Source: a virus
Taxonomy: Duplodnaviria; Caudoviricetes
Virus record (IMG/VR): IMGVR_UViG_3300029258_001571
Coordinates: 1 to 51,719 of that record
DNA: 51,719 bases
Direction: 5' to 3' (one strand)
Part shown: positions 10,013-18,275 of the stretch, piece after piece
How the letters are laid out: every line of letters begins with the position of its first letter
Numbering within the stretch: position 1 is the stretch's first letter
Notes under the pieces: model-generated
Databases searched by the model: none
What the model saw: only the letters and a program-made list of their open reading frames with translations
What the model was told of the DNA's origin: nothing
Translations under genes and position numbers: made by a program

Positions 10013-11537
10013 TCTCTGTCTCCTTAATGGCATCCAATGCATCCCCGCCCTTGTCGATACGGGCAAGCACATCGAATACTTTATCTGACCATCCGCTGAT
10101 TTTCCACACATCCTTATCCAGGGTGGAGATCGGAGTATCCCCATACCCTGATAGGTCAAAGAAGTAGAGTTTAGCTCCCGGGTTTACATGCTTCACGGCC
10201 TTCCATGATTCAAGGGTTGTGTTCACATCACCTCTATGCATGCTGTAAAGGCCACGGTACCCATACATCTGCGAATCAGTGAAGAAGAATACCTTGTCTA
10301 CCGCCTTGCCATTTCGTGTGATCCAGTCAAGCACCTTGTGCCCATAGGTAGAATACCCCGCCTCCCCCTCTCTCCGGTGCATTTCATCAGCAGCTTCAAG
10401 CAAGGCATGGGATGAGAACTGGATAGGAATCCAATGGTCTCCGAACATGCCAGTGATACAGTTAGGCAGTCTCAATGACAGAGCCATGCCTAGTACTAGT
10501 CCGATATCAAACTGTTGAATCTTTGAGCGTGGTGAGATAGGTGTTTGCATGGACCCCGATGTATCACATGCGATCACAACAGCCTCATCATCTGCTATCG
10601 GGATGTTTGCTGAAGACATATTAAATGCTTCTTCAAGGGCATCGAGAAGTACACGTGCTCCGGTATACGGCTCGGCTTTTAATTCCCTGTATGCAGATAG
10701 GAACCTGAACGGGAACTGACGGCTACGTTTCACTCGTTCCAGATCAGTTAGCATCTTTCCAACCAGCGTCAAGTGGTGGTAGGGAGTTTCAGCTTTCAGT
10801 ATATTTCGCAGGTTGCGAAGCAGGGCCATGTAGGGTAGCTTATCAGATTCGATAAGCTCAGCCCACACCTCAGCAGTGTTGCCTCTCTCAGACAACTGTG
10901 TTTCCCAGGTATATGGGGTTTTGAGATCGTCATCGGCGATCTTGCGGAAGAGATGGGCCTTGCCATCTTGACCATATTTCAGTGGCTGTGGTGAGGGGTG
11001 AGTAAGAAACATAGCGTCACGTAGCCCAGGGTACACCGGGCGGTTGTACTTAGCAAACTGGTACTCATCGAACTTGTGGAATGCATTGGCTACTCCCTTG
11101 CGGAGGGCATGTGATAGCTTGGTGATGCCATCTTTAATGCCATTTGCTTGCTTGTAGTAGCCAAGGATCTCATAAAGCTCGTCAGCACGCTGGATTGTAG
11201 CAATGATTGCCCTGGATGTGAGCGGGTGAACGTCGATTCCATTGTCGTTGCAATATTTGATGTATTCAACGAGCAGGACCAGAGGTGACGACCTCATGTA
11301 CATCTTTGATCTGGCATAGATAGCCAGCTTCAGGATAAACAGAGGGGTTACCTTGGGGATGAGCGTTCTGATCTTGGTGATGTAGTCGGAAGAGGAAGGT
11401 TCGTAAAAGCGGGGGTTTAAAGTCGAGGTCACCGTTGCCCCATAGAGTGCCATCTCTGGCGAGTCCGTGTAGGCAGGTGCCCCTTCATAGTTTAGGGTCT
11501 TGGAAGACCCACGTTTTGACTCAGAGAATCTTGTCAT
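10005..11537 (-). CDS. rsr: Ro60/Rsr orthologue (TROVE domain + vWA)
   Basis: NYEGAPAY, RADE, FDEYQFAKY, TWET.LS, LPYMALLRNLRNI, SRQFPFRFLSAY, MIDAS DTSGSM and FTD. Confidence 0.95.
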   Translation of the reverse strand: MTRFSESKRGSSKTLNYEGAPAYTDSPEMALYGATVTSTLNPRFYEPSSSDYITKIRTLIPKVTPLFILKLAIYARSKMYMRSSPLVLLVEYIKYCNDNGIDVHPLTSRAIIATIQRADELYEILGYYKQANGIKDGITKLSHALRKGVANAFHKFDEYQFAKYNRPVYPGLRDAMFLTHPSPQPLKYGQDGKAHLFRKIADDDLKTPYTWETQLSERGNTAEVWAELIESDKLPYMALLRNLRNILKAETPYHHLTLVGKMLTDLERVKRSRQFPFRFLSAYRELKAEPYTGARVLLDALEEAFNMSSANIPIADDEAVVIACDTSGSMQTPISPRSKIQQFDIGLVLGMALSLRLPNCITGMFGDHWIPIQFSSHALLEAADEMHRREGEAGYSTYGHKVLDWITRNGKAVDKVFFFTDSQMYGYRGLYSMHRGDVNTTLESWKAVKHVNPGAKLYFFDLSGYGDTPISTLDKDVWKISGWSDKVFDVLARIDKGGDALDAIKETEIG

Positions 11538-11556
11538 CTGACACCTCCATGTCAGG

Positions 11557-11574
11557 ACTGCAATATGTTGCAGT
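11557..11574. promoter_or_regulatory. 18-bp palindrome, inverted copy of ACTGCAACATATTGCAGT
   Basis: exact copies at 16511 and 21384. Confidence 0.7.
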
Positions 11575-11603
11575 CGTAGTTTATTTTGGGAGGGATGGTA
11601 TTA

Positions 11604-11668
11604 GGGGGAACATTCGGTTAGAGTCTGTTTGCATTCCGGTAGCGAAGTATCTCTGACCTGGGCCACCC
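11604..11668 (-). ncRNA. candidate Ro60-associated (Y-like) RNA 2
   Basis: GGGUGGCCCAGGUCAGAGAUACUUCG...CUCUAACCGAAUGUUCCCC; bulged helix shared with RNAs 1 and 3. Confidence 0.7.
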
Positions 11669-11693
11669 AGTTATTCAATCAAGGAGGCAATGC

Positions 11694-11785
11694 GGGAGCA
11701 ACAGGCGATAGCGGCATTTTGTGGTCGTGGTTAGCGACCATCGATATAATTTGGTAACCGAAGTATCCGCTGTCTGGGTCATCCC
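11694..11785 (-). ncRNA. candidate Ro60-associated (Y-like) RNA 1
   Basis: GGGAUGACCCAGACAGCGGAUACUUCG...CCGCUAUCGCCUGUUGCUCCC; lies just downstream of a consensus promoter. Confidence 0.7.
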
Positions 11786-11799
11786 TTACGTATACTACT

Positions 11800-11829
11800 A
11801 TTATACCAAAAGATGCGGGGGGATGTCAA
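11800..11829 (-). promoter_or_regulatory. sigma70-type promoter for the ncRNA-Ro60 operon
   Basis: TTGACA-18bp-TATAAT with TG extension. Confidence 0.85.
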
Positions 11830-12902
11830 CCCCTACCGCTACCCTTCTGGTAGCTCTGTCCGTATGGGTCGTCTACCATCGGGAACCAATCAGGGAAGCT
11901 CATCTTAAACTTCCACCCACCGAACAGATGATATTCCATCTCCTTGCCAGCAAGCCCATCGTCTTCCTTGCGCCTGTTCTTGGCTGCGAGACAGCACATC
12001 TTGCCGATCTTCTTGGTTGGCCCGTATTCCATGGTTAGATACAGACGTGGTCGTTGCAAGGTGAATGCCCTGCCTCTGCCAAGCGTAGCGCCAAAGTCTT
12101 TCTGCAAGCCTACGATTGCTATGCCGTTGTGTAGCCGCTCATGTATCTCCTTGATCTTGTCACCCATCTTCATCAGGTTCTCGTTCTCTTCGATGTAGTC
12201 TATGATATTGATGGCATCAGGGAAGATAACATCTTTGAAGTTATCACTGCGCTCGTAGGCCTTGAATCTCCATTGATCGAGCTTGATATCTTGGTGCTTA
12301 TTCAGCCGCACACTAAATTCATTCTCCCCCATCTCGGAATTGAAGTAGTGTATCTCATGTCGATGCATGTTCCTCTTGATAAAGTCAAGGAAGAACGCTG
12401 TCTTGCCTGCATCCTTTGTTCCGGCCACCACTATCACCGATTTTGGGTAGGTAATGTACCATTCGTGTATCTTGAATGGCCAGTCAATGTTAAGCTCAAT
12501 CAGATCCTCAACCCTCTTGAATACCATTTCGATGAGTTCACCCTGTATCACCCGATAGTACCCACGGCCCATGCTCTCCAGCTTCTTGTCTTCCACCATC
12601 CTCTGGACAGCCTTGCGTATCGCTCCCTTCTGTTGCGTGGTGAATGCATTGAGGCCGGAGTACATATCCATGAGCCTAAACTCAAGCTCACCGTAAGCAA
12701 ACTCCTCTACCTGCTTGCTCCATGCCTCTTCCCCATGCAGGCGGATGTTCTTCAAGCCACTAAGGGCGGCGAGCACCTTGTCAGGCTTGTTGTTATCCAC
12801 CCCCTCGAGGACCATCTTGGCCAATCTCTCGATGACCATGACATCTCCGACATTAGCAAGCTGAGCCTTCATCTTCTGCATGAAGGGGTCCTTACGTTCC
12901 AT
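11826..12902 (-). CDS. RecA-fold (DnaB/SF4-like) helicase/ATPase
   Basis: Walker A AGTKDAGKT, NSEM, Walker B IIDY, Q motif. Confidence 0.75.
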   Translation of the reverse strand: MERKDPFMQKMKAQLANVGDVMVIERLAKMVLEGVDNNKPDKVLAALSGLKNIRLHGEEAWSKQVEEFAYGELEFRLMDMYSGLNAFTTQQKGAIRKAVQRMVEDKKLESMGRGYYRVIQGELIEMVFKRVEDLIELNIDWPFKIHEWYITYPKSVIVVAGTKDAGKTAFFLDFIKRNMHRHEIHYFNSEMGENEFSVRLNKHQDIKLDQWRFKAYERSDNFKDVIFPDAINIIDYIEENENLMKMGDKIKEIHERLHNGIAIVGLQKDFGATLGRGRAFTLQRPRLYLTMEYGPTKKIGKMCCLAAKNRRKEDDGLAGKEMEYHLFGGWKFKMSFPDWFPMVDDPYGQSYQKGSGRG

Positions 12903-12913
12903 GTTTGCCTCCT

Positions 12914-13597
12914 TTAATCACTCTTTACTTCTACGCTGTTGATGAAATCATAGAATAACTTAAATACTTTTTTCCTCCCTTCATAAAATTCTCCTGCCCA
13001 GAATACGAAGAGGTTGTCGTGCATCAATCTGTGGCACTCTCCGCATACAGGGATAGCCTCATGTGGCAGGGCACCGGCTCCCTTTGTAGTTGGGAAGTGG
13101 TGCGGTTCTGATGGCCGATCAGGGTGGAATACACATGGATGCTGTGATATGTAGGCTATCCACAGCTTAGCCAGTGCACCTTGCTTGCCATCCTTGGGCA
13201 GGGCTATCGGTGAGTCTGGAGTCAACCCTTTCACTCCCGTTTGGTCAGGCTCTTTCGGGGCCTCTTCCTTTCCGGTAGTGAGGTACTTGGTTATCACCTT
13301 GCGCCATGATATATTCTTCTCTTGCGTAGACAAGAAATCCTCCACGCTGGGAAACATATCGGCGAATGATACACAGTACCACAGGCTACGCTCCGACACA
13401 TCAATAGCTTCTGATAGTTTGCCGATAACCTTGGTGATGCCACTGTCAGGGTAATACTCCCTAATGATAGCACCGTAAGCATGCCTCAATCTGATCAGCA
13501 TTTCCCTCATGCTGAACTCAATCTCTACCTTGGCTGTCTTCAAGTCCTCGATGCATGCATCCAGGGTATGCTTGGGATTGGCTAGTATGTCACTCAT
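12914..13597 (-). CDS. HTH-like N-terminus plus HNH-like (DUF968-type) C-terminus
   Basis: PCVFH...EPHH...IPVCGECHRLMH. Confidence 0.55.
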   Translation of the reverse strand: MSDILANPKHTLDACIEDLKTAKVEIEFSMREMLIRLRHAYGAIIREYYPDSGITKVIGKLSEAIDVSERSLWYCVSFADMFPSVEDFLSTQEKNISWRKVITKYLTTGKEEAPKEPDQTGVKGLTPDSPIALPKDGKQGALAKLWIAYISQHPCVFHPDRPSEPHHFPTTKGAGALPHEAIPVCGECHRLMHDNLFVFWAGEFYEGRKKVFKLFYDFINSVEVKSD

Positions 13598-14207
13598 CCT
13601 CCACCTCCACGCCTAGCTCTTTGAGCCATTGATAAAACCTTTGGACACCCCATATTCCATCCGCAACCATCTTGTAGGCGAAATCTACGCTCTCCCTGCT
13701 AACCCGTAAGGGTTCACTCACCTTGGGCTTGGCTTGGGCCTGGAGTCGTTCTTTAATCTGCTGAATGGTGATGTGGATTGTTTCATAGGCTGACTCTATG
13801 GGGCGATTTCCGGCCTTTACATTCTCAAGGTCTTGGATAATGTCCATAAAATATTCATCAATCTGGGCGTCAATATCCCCCTCCCCCTGATCGCTGTCGG
13901 GGCCGTGTACTTTCACTTCCCCGAACTCATCTTGACCTATGGGGTAGGGATTTTTCCCCTCATCCGGTGGGGTGGGGTTTACGGTGTTCTGAAGTGTAGC
14001 CTCAATTTCGTTCCCGCATTGACTACATCGGAATGTTACACCAACAAGTGAAGCCCAAATTTCATCCTCCCCGCCCTCAGGTGCGTTCTCAATGTCGGCT
14101 CGGATCGCATAAAGCATATCAACCTGCTTTGTTGTGATGAGGCTACCAATAAAGTCTTTAATTGCCTCGAGGAAAGCCAGCTTCTCCTCTTTCGTGGGTT
14201 CACTCAT
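13590..14207 (-). CDS. hypothetical protein (CxxC)
   Basis: AAGGAG RBS before ATG 14207 (MSEPTKEEK). Confidence 0.6.
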   Translation of the reverse strand: MSEPTKEEKLAFLEAIKDFIGSLITTKQVDMLYAIRADIENAPEGGEDEIWASLVGVTFRCSQCGNEIEATLQNTVNPTPPDEGKNPYPIGQDEFGEVKVHGPDSDQGEGDIDAQIDEYFMDIIQDLENVKAGNRPIESAYETIHITIQQIKERLQAQAKPKVSEPLRVSRESVDFAYKMVADGIWGVQRFYQWLKELGVEVEDE

Positions 14208-14337
14208 CGGATGGCTCCTTTTTCTTGGGCTTGAATATGAGCACCATGGGTTTTGTTGACCACCCACACTCGGAACAATAGTAGTATTCGTCCCCTCCCT
14301 GAAACACGGACTCTTTCCCACACTCAGGACAAATCAT
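14200..14337 (-). CDS. 45-aa zinc-ribbon protein (not in ORF track)
   Basis: GGAGG RBS; MICPECGKESVFQGGDEYYYCSECGW. Confidence 0.65.
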   Translation of the reverse strand: MICPECGKESVFQGGDEYYYCSECGWSTKPMVLIFKPKKKEPSDE

Positions 14338-14797
14338 CTTTACCTCCCACGGCTATGACACGGCGGTATAGGGCCTCTTTGAGAGTATCGCCCCATGAAT
14401 CCCCTTGTGTCCCTCTATATTCTGTATAGACCGACCACCTTCCATAGGACTCCGAATAAATCTCTATGGAATCCACTCGCCCCCTAAGGAACTCCAGGCA
14501 ATCCTCCACGGAGGGGAGCCAGGTATATCTTTCAGGCAAACAGGAGTAAGAGGGGTCCTCGCTAAACACCCCTCCGCATCCATGAATCCCAGCATACGAG
14601 TAATAACGCCCCTCCTTACTGTTATGAAGGAGATACACATGCGGTTTATCATATACCTCGGCCTTTGGGCCATCATACAAATCTCCTCTGGTTTCAAAAA
14701 CCGCCATATAATCCCCATCTTTCGGCTCCCACGGCCCCATAATCTCCGCAACCTTGGGGGCCAGGTCTAACTCAACATCCGTGAATTTACGCATCAT
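14324..14797 (-). CDS. hypothetical protein
   Basis: coupled ORF with GGAG RBS. Confidence 0.6.
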   Translation of the reverse strand: MMRKFTDVELDLAPKVAEIMGPWEPKDGDYMAVFETRGDLYDGPKAEVYDKPHVYLLHNSKEGRYYSYAGIHGCGGVFSEDPSYSCLPERYTWLPSVEDCLEFLRGRVDSIEIYSESYGRWSVYTEYRGTQGDSWGDTLKEALYRRVIAVGGKDDLS

Positions 14798-15471
14798 TTT
14801 TCTCCCTGATTAGATTGTATCCAGTAGCACCGCTCCTTCCATTCACAGTTATCACACTCTGATCTGCCACCCCCAAACTTATGTGGATGTATTTCATGTG
14901 GCGGTACATGGGCACCAAACTTGAGGCATGCCCTGAATATCTCTGCTCTCCTCAGTTTTTCTTTCCAGTTTTCCTCAAGTTCTTCGTCTGTGAATTTAAT
15001 GCGGTAGCTTCTGATTCTTTCCTCGGATCCCCTGTACCATACGAAGTGAAACACATTTAACACGATCTCGTTGACACCGTATGCATAGCAGTATCCTTTC
15101 ATCCTCTCTGCCCACCATGGGTAGGTCTTGAGTGGGTGGAATTTACCTGCTGATTTGATGGTGGCCTTGATTTCGATGATGTTTCCGCATGCCTCATCAT
15201 CAATGGTGCAGATGATACCGTCCTTTACAACCGGCTTCCTTGTTTCTCTGGTCACAAAGTCTTCGAAGGCTACACCTCTGGCAATTCTTAGCAGGCCTGG
15301 TGTATCCATCTCTGGTACTGGCCTCACTGTTCGCCGGAGAAAGCTCTTCTCCATACACCCCTCCAGATCAGAGAGGTGTATCTCATTCATGCCACGGTCA
15401 AGGTCAAGCCTGGTTAGCAGCGATAGGTAGTAGTGTCTCTCAACGTCCTTGGCTCTCTTCCAGGTAGCCAT
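14794..15471 (-). CDS. Cas4/AddB-like PD-(D/E)XK exonuclease
   Basis: HLSDLEGC, TIDD, IEIK, C-terminal CDNCEWKERC Fe-S-type cysteines. Confidence 0.75.
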   Translation of the reverse strand: MATWKRAKDVERHYYLSLLTRLDLDRGMNEIHLSDLEGCMEKSFLRRTVRPVPEMDTPGLLRIARGVAFEDFVTRETRKPVVKDGIICTIDDEACGNIIEIKATIKSAGKFHPLKTYPWWAERMKGYCYAYGVNEIVLNVFHFVWYRGSEERIRSYRIKFTDEELEENWKEKLRRAEIFRACLKFGAHVPPHEIHPHKFGGGRSECDNCEWKERCYWIQSNQGEK

Positions 15472-15710
15472 CAGTTGTCTACCCTGGCAAGCACCCGGAA
15501 CGCACCGCTGTCCCATGATACCAGAAAGCCAGCGGCTTGGCGTTGAGTGTCACCCTCCGGTGATATGGTAACGATCACCCTGCCCTTGTAAAGAACCCTC
15601 AGTCTCAGTCGCGTGCGATCAAGAGAACCAAACACGTCAGTGTATGTTCTGCGCTTTTCGATCAGGGGTTCAAACTCCAACTTCTTGGTAATGTCTAAAT
15701 ACTTTTCCAT
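15471..15710 (-). CDS. hypothetical protein
   Basis: AAGGAG RBS before MEKYLD. Confidence 0.55.
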   Translation of the reverse strand: MEKYLDITKKLEFEPLIEKRRTYTDVFGSLDRTRLRLRVLYKGRVIVTISPEGDTQRQAAGFLVSWDSGAFRVLARVDN

Positions 15711-15724
15711 TTTTGTCTCCTTGT

Positions 15725-15752
15725 GGAGGGGCCAGCCGAAGCCAGCCCCTCC
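15725..15752 (-). terminator. GC-rich hairpin with cUUCGg loop after the SSB-like gene (no U-tract)
   Basis: GGAGGGGCUGGC-UUCG-GCUGGCCCCUCC. Confidence 0.5.
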
Positions 15753-15763
15753 GGTTAGCCCCA

Positions 15764-16321
15764 TTAGAATGGGGTGTCGTCCTTGTCCGCCTCACCCGAA
15801 TCAGAGGCATCCTTGCTCATGTCCACCGGGATGGTAGGCTCATCACTCTCTGGATCAGGCTTGCGAGGCTCATCCTCAAAACTCAGGAGAGACTTCGCAT
15901 CCTTGAGAGCAATGGTGAACACCTCGTTCCCCTTGGCAAAGAATTTCTCAGTCAAGGTTCCGACCAGTTTTACGTAGTCGTCCAGCTTGACACTATCCTT
16001 GCTACTCAGCAGGAAGTTAGCCGCAAGCACAGCATTGGATCGAGCGTTGCCATATCCTTGCATGATATTGCGGACGATATCAGGCACCCACTCTTTCTTC
16101 CCACCACCACTGGATCCACCGGACGCTGCCTTCATGGACTCGATGTTGTGGTACTTGCCACGCTTCACGACCTCGGCTTCTACCTCAGTGCCTGCCTTAC
16201 ACAGGGGGAAATGTTCCGTATCCCAGGTTGAAGCCCGGACTCCATTGGAAAACTGTACCGTTCTGAAATCCTGGCCTGCACTGTCGGTGTTCTCCCAAAC
16301 TTTCTTAATCATGACGCTCAT
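15764..16321 (-). CDS. single-stranded DNA-binding protein-like
   Basis: OB-fold-like N-terminus, Gly linker, acidic tail ending DDTPF; GGGAGG RBS before 16321 (in-frame extension to 16426 possible). Confidence 0.6.
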   Translation of the reverse strand: MSVMIKKVWENTDSAGQDFRTVQFSNGVRASTWDTEHFPLCKAGTEVEAEVVKRGKYHNIESMKAASGGSSGGGKKEWVPDIVRNIMQGYGNARSNAVLAANFLLSSKDSVKLDDYVKLVGTLTEKFFAKGNEVFTIALKDAKSLLSFEDEPRKPDPESDEPTIPVDMSKDASDSGEADKDDTPF

Positions 16322-16472
16322 AGTAAAACCTCCCTTAAAGATTGTGACTAAATGGTCAAAGCCCTCGGCCTCCGAGACTGTCCATGTCTCGGGGTCGAAC
16401 CGTACGATAAACTCTTGATAATCCATGGGTTAATGCATATCGCCTCCCTTGATTGGTTTGGTGCATACTATA

Positions 16473-16502
16473 ATTATACCCCCGTATGCGGGGGGTTGTC
16501 AA
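16473..16502 (-). promoter_or_regulatory. sigma70-type promoter for the replication operon
   Basis: TTGACA-18bp-TATAAT. Confidence 0.85.
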
Positions 16503-16510
16503 GCATTTTC

Positions 16511-16528
16511 ACTGCAACATATTGCAGT
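16511..16528. promoter_or_regulatory. 18-bp palindrome ACTGCAACATATTGCAGT
   Basis: 8 bp upstream of the -35 box; three copies in the genome. Confidence 0.7.
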
Positions 16529-16540
16529 ACCAGGGGTCAG

Positions 16541-16705
16541 TCACGCAACGTCACGCCTCTTTAGCTCCTTCATGGCACGCTTGAATCTACGACTACACTT
16601 CCTCCAGTTCTTACTGTAAGGACGGTAGCTCTCTCTCCTCTTGTGCCACTTGGATGCATAGACATATAGCTGGGCAACTGGTATCTCGGTTAGCTTCATC
16701 TTCAT
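16541..16705 (-). CDS. 54-aa basic protein (not in ORF track)
   Basis: AAGGAG RBS; MKMKLTEIPVAQLY...KRRDVA. Confidence 0.55.
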   Translation of the reverse strand: MKMKLTEIPVAQLYVYASKWHKRRESYRPYSKNWRKCSRRFKRAMKELKRRDVA

Positions 16706-16739
16706 TAGTATTCTCCTTTAGCATGCATGCATATAGTAG

Positions 16740-16771
16740 TAATATATTCCCCCCTAAAGGGGAATATATTA
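16740..16771. repeat. 13-bp perfect inverted repeat flanked by GCATGC motifs
   Basis: TAATATATTCCCC-6nt-GGGGAATATATTA. Confidence 0.85.
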
Positions 16772-16788
16772 TATAGCTAGCTAGCATG

Positions 16789-17256
16789 CTAGTCTCTGTC
16801 TCCTAACGGAGACGTTACAAGCCTTGGTCTTGTCTCGTCAACATCGACTTCGTCTTCGTTGCCGATAGGCTTGTCCCTTATAGGTGCAGTTGTTTTACCA
16901 TGTTGGTGTGCATACCCAGGAGCATGGCGGTCGATCAGGCGACCGCCTGGGTATTTCCATGCTCTGCCCCCATCGTCTCTTGGGTTGATGTAAGCGTCAA
17001 GCATTCGCCGTTGATATGGTGTTACGTATTTCAGTTTGCGGATCATGTATTCGATCCGATCAAGGTTACGCACATCCCAATCAACATCGGCCCATCGCTT
17101 GCCGCGTCTCTTCTCAAGAGACTCCCTTGCCTGCTGTACGAGAGCCAAGCCAGCATCCATCTGTTTCTTTAGCTTCCTTGCTATCCTGGCATCCGTCTTA
17201 TCAGCATGCTTGTCTAGTTCCTCAGCTATCTCTGGATGATTGGACTCTAAGCTCAT
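16789..17256 (-). CDS. hypothetical protein
   Basis: GAGGAG RBS before MSLESNH. Confidence 0.55.
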   Translation of the reverse strand: MSLESNHPEIAEELDKHADKTDARIARKLKKQMDAGLALVQQARESLEKRRGKRWADVDWDVRNLDRIEYMIRKLKYVTPYQRRMLDAYINPRDDGGRAWKYPGGRLIDRHAPGYAHQHGKTTAPIRDKPIGNEDEVDVDETRPRLVTSPLGDRD

Positions 17257-17416
17257 CAATAAGCTCCTCGATCCTCTTGTTGAGTACGGAAGAACACCGC
17301 AAATGAACATCCATTTCCGTGACAACAGACACCCTGTCTCCATTATTTACTGAGATCATCCATCGACTGGGGTTACTGTCCTTGATATCTTCACCGCAGA
17401 TATCACATATTATCAT
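17222..17416 (-). CDS. small CxxC protein
   Basis: GGAGG RBS before MIICDICG. Confidence 0.6.
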   Translation of the reverse strand: MIICDICGEDIKDSNPSRWMISVNNGDRVSVVTEMDVHLRCSSVLNKRIEELIDELRVQSSRDS

Positions 17417-17424
17417 CGTTCCTC

Positions 17425-17754
17425 CTATCTGTCCCAGTCTGTTATTGGCAGACCAGGTTCCTTGGTTCCAGGCACCCACGCCTCCATGATACCATGGGAT
17501 TGCAGGTGCCACCCTTTGTACTTGCTTGGGTTGCCCCAGTAAAGACACATCAGCCGGAATGAATTGGGCATCCACTTGTACTTCTTGATGAACCGCTCCA
17601 TCCAGTCCAGCTTTAGTAGCTTCACATCAGCAAGCCAACTGTTCCTGGCAGGCAACCAGGGATAGCCAGATGACATGCTCCGCTGCCTTTTGACTACCCT
17701 CCTGACCTGCCTCACCCTATGAAGAGCATCATTCATCTGCTTCTCTAAGTCCAT
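17425..17754 (-). CDS. hypothetical protein
   Basis: ORF from MDLEKQ in a packed early region. Confidence 0.5.
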   Translation of the reverse strand: MDLEKQMNDALHRVRQVRRVVKRQRSMSSGYPWLPARNSWLADVKLLKLDWMERFIKKYKWMPNSFRLMCLYWGNPSKYKGWHLQSHGIMEAWVPGTKEPGLPITDWDR

Positions 17755-17899
17755 GTCCCTTTCTCCTGAGGTGGGCACGGTAGAAACTCAATGCTACCTC
17801 TACGAAGTGACAGTCTTCATAGTTAGCATGCTTGATCTCAAGGATCAGCCGATCCCTGATCTCTTGCAGTTTGCTCTCTGAGAATGTGAGATCACTCAT
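17729..17899 (-). CDS. hypothetical protein
   Basis: ORF from MSDLTF overlapping the upstream stop. Confidence 0.5.
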   Translation of the reverse strand: MSDLTFSESKLQEIRDRLILEIKHANYEDCHFVEVALSFYRAHLRRKGHGLREADE

Positions 17900-18275
17900 C
17901 CTCTTTCTCCTTGGCATCTGTGGCTGGCCTGAAGAACGCAGGAAAATCATGAAAATGCAACCAGTTATCCTTGAGGATATGAGCGATAGCTTCAACGTGC
18001 ACATTGTCTGCCTTTACCCTGATGTTGGTGCCCGGTAGATCCTCCCATTTCTCAACGCCAACTGTTTCGAGAATCTTTGTGATCAGCCTGATGCTAAGGT
18101 AGAGTCTCTCTGGAGGGTTGTTTTTGTTTGGCCAGCTTACATGATCGAGTGCATATCCTCCCGCTCCCTGGTGTACACCTTTTCCATAGTCTAGGTACAA
18201 CCAGAAAGAAAGGAAGCCATGGTCCTCTATACCAAGCATGGTCCTTTCGATAACAGCGTTCTGTTCCTTGATCAC
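17892..18275 (-). CDS. phage hypothetical protein
   Basis: LGIEDHG...GGYALD...VGVEKWEDL pattern; coupled ORF. Confidence 0.65.
   Translation of the reverse strand: MIKEQNAVIERTMLGIEDHGFLSFWLYLDYGKGVHQGAGGYALDHVSWPNKNNPPERLYLSIRLITKILETVGVEKWEDLPGTNIRVKADNVHVEAIAHILKDNWLHFHDFPAFFRPATDAKEKEDE

Noticed and set aside
12141-12917. 258-aa plus-strand ORF (likewise 29022-29783 on the minus strand)
   Set aside because: Antisense shadows of the helicase and portal genes, with no RBS or motif
14794-15471. CRISPR-Cas system suggested by the Cas4-like nuclease
   Set aside because: No repeat-spacer array or other cas genes seen; stand-alone Cas4-like exonucleases are common in phage replication modules
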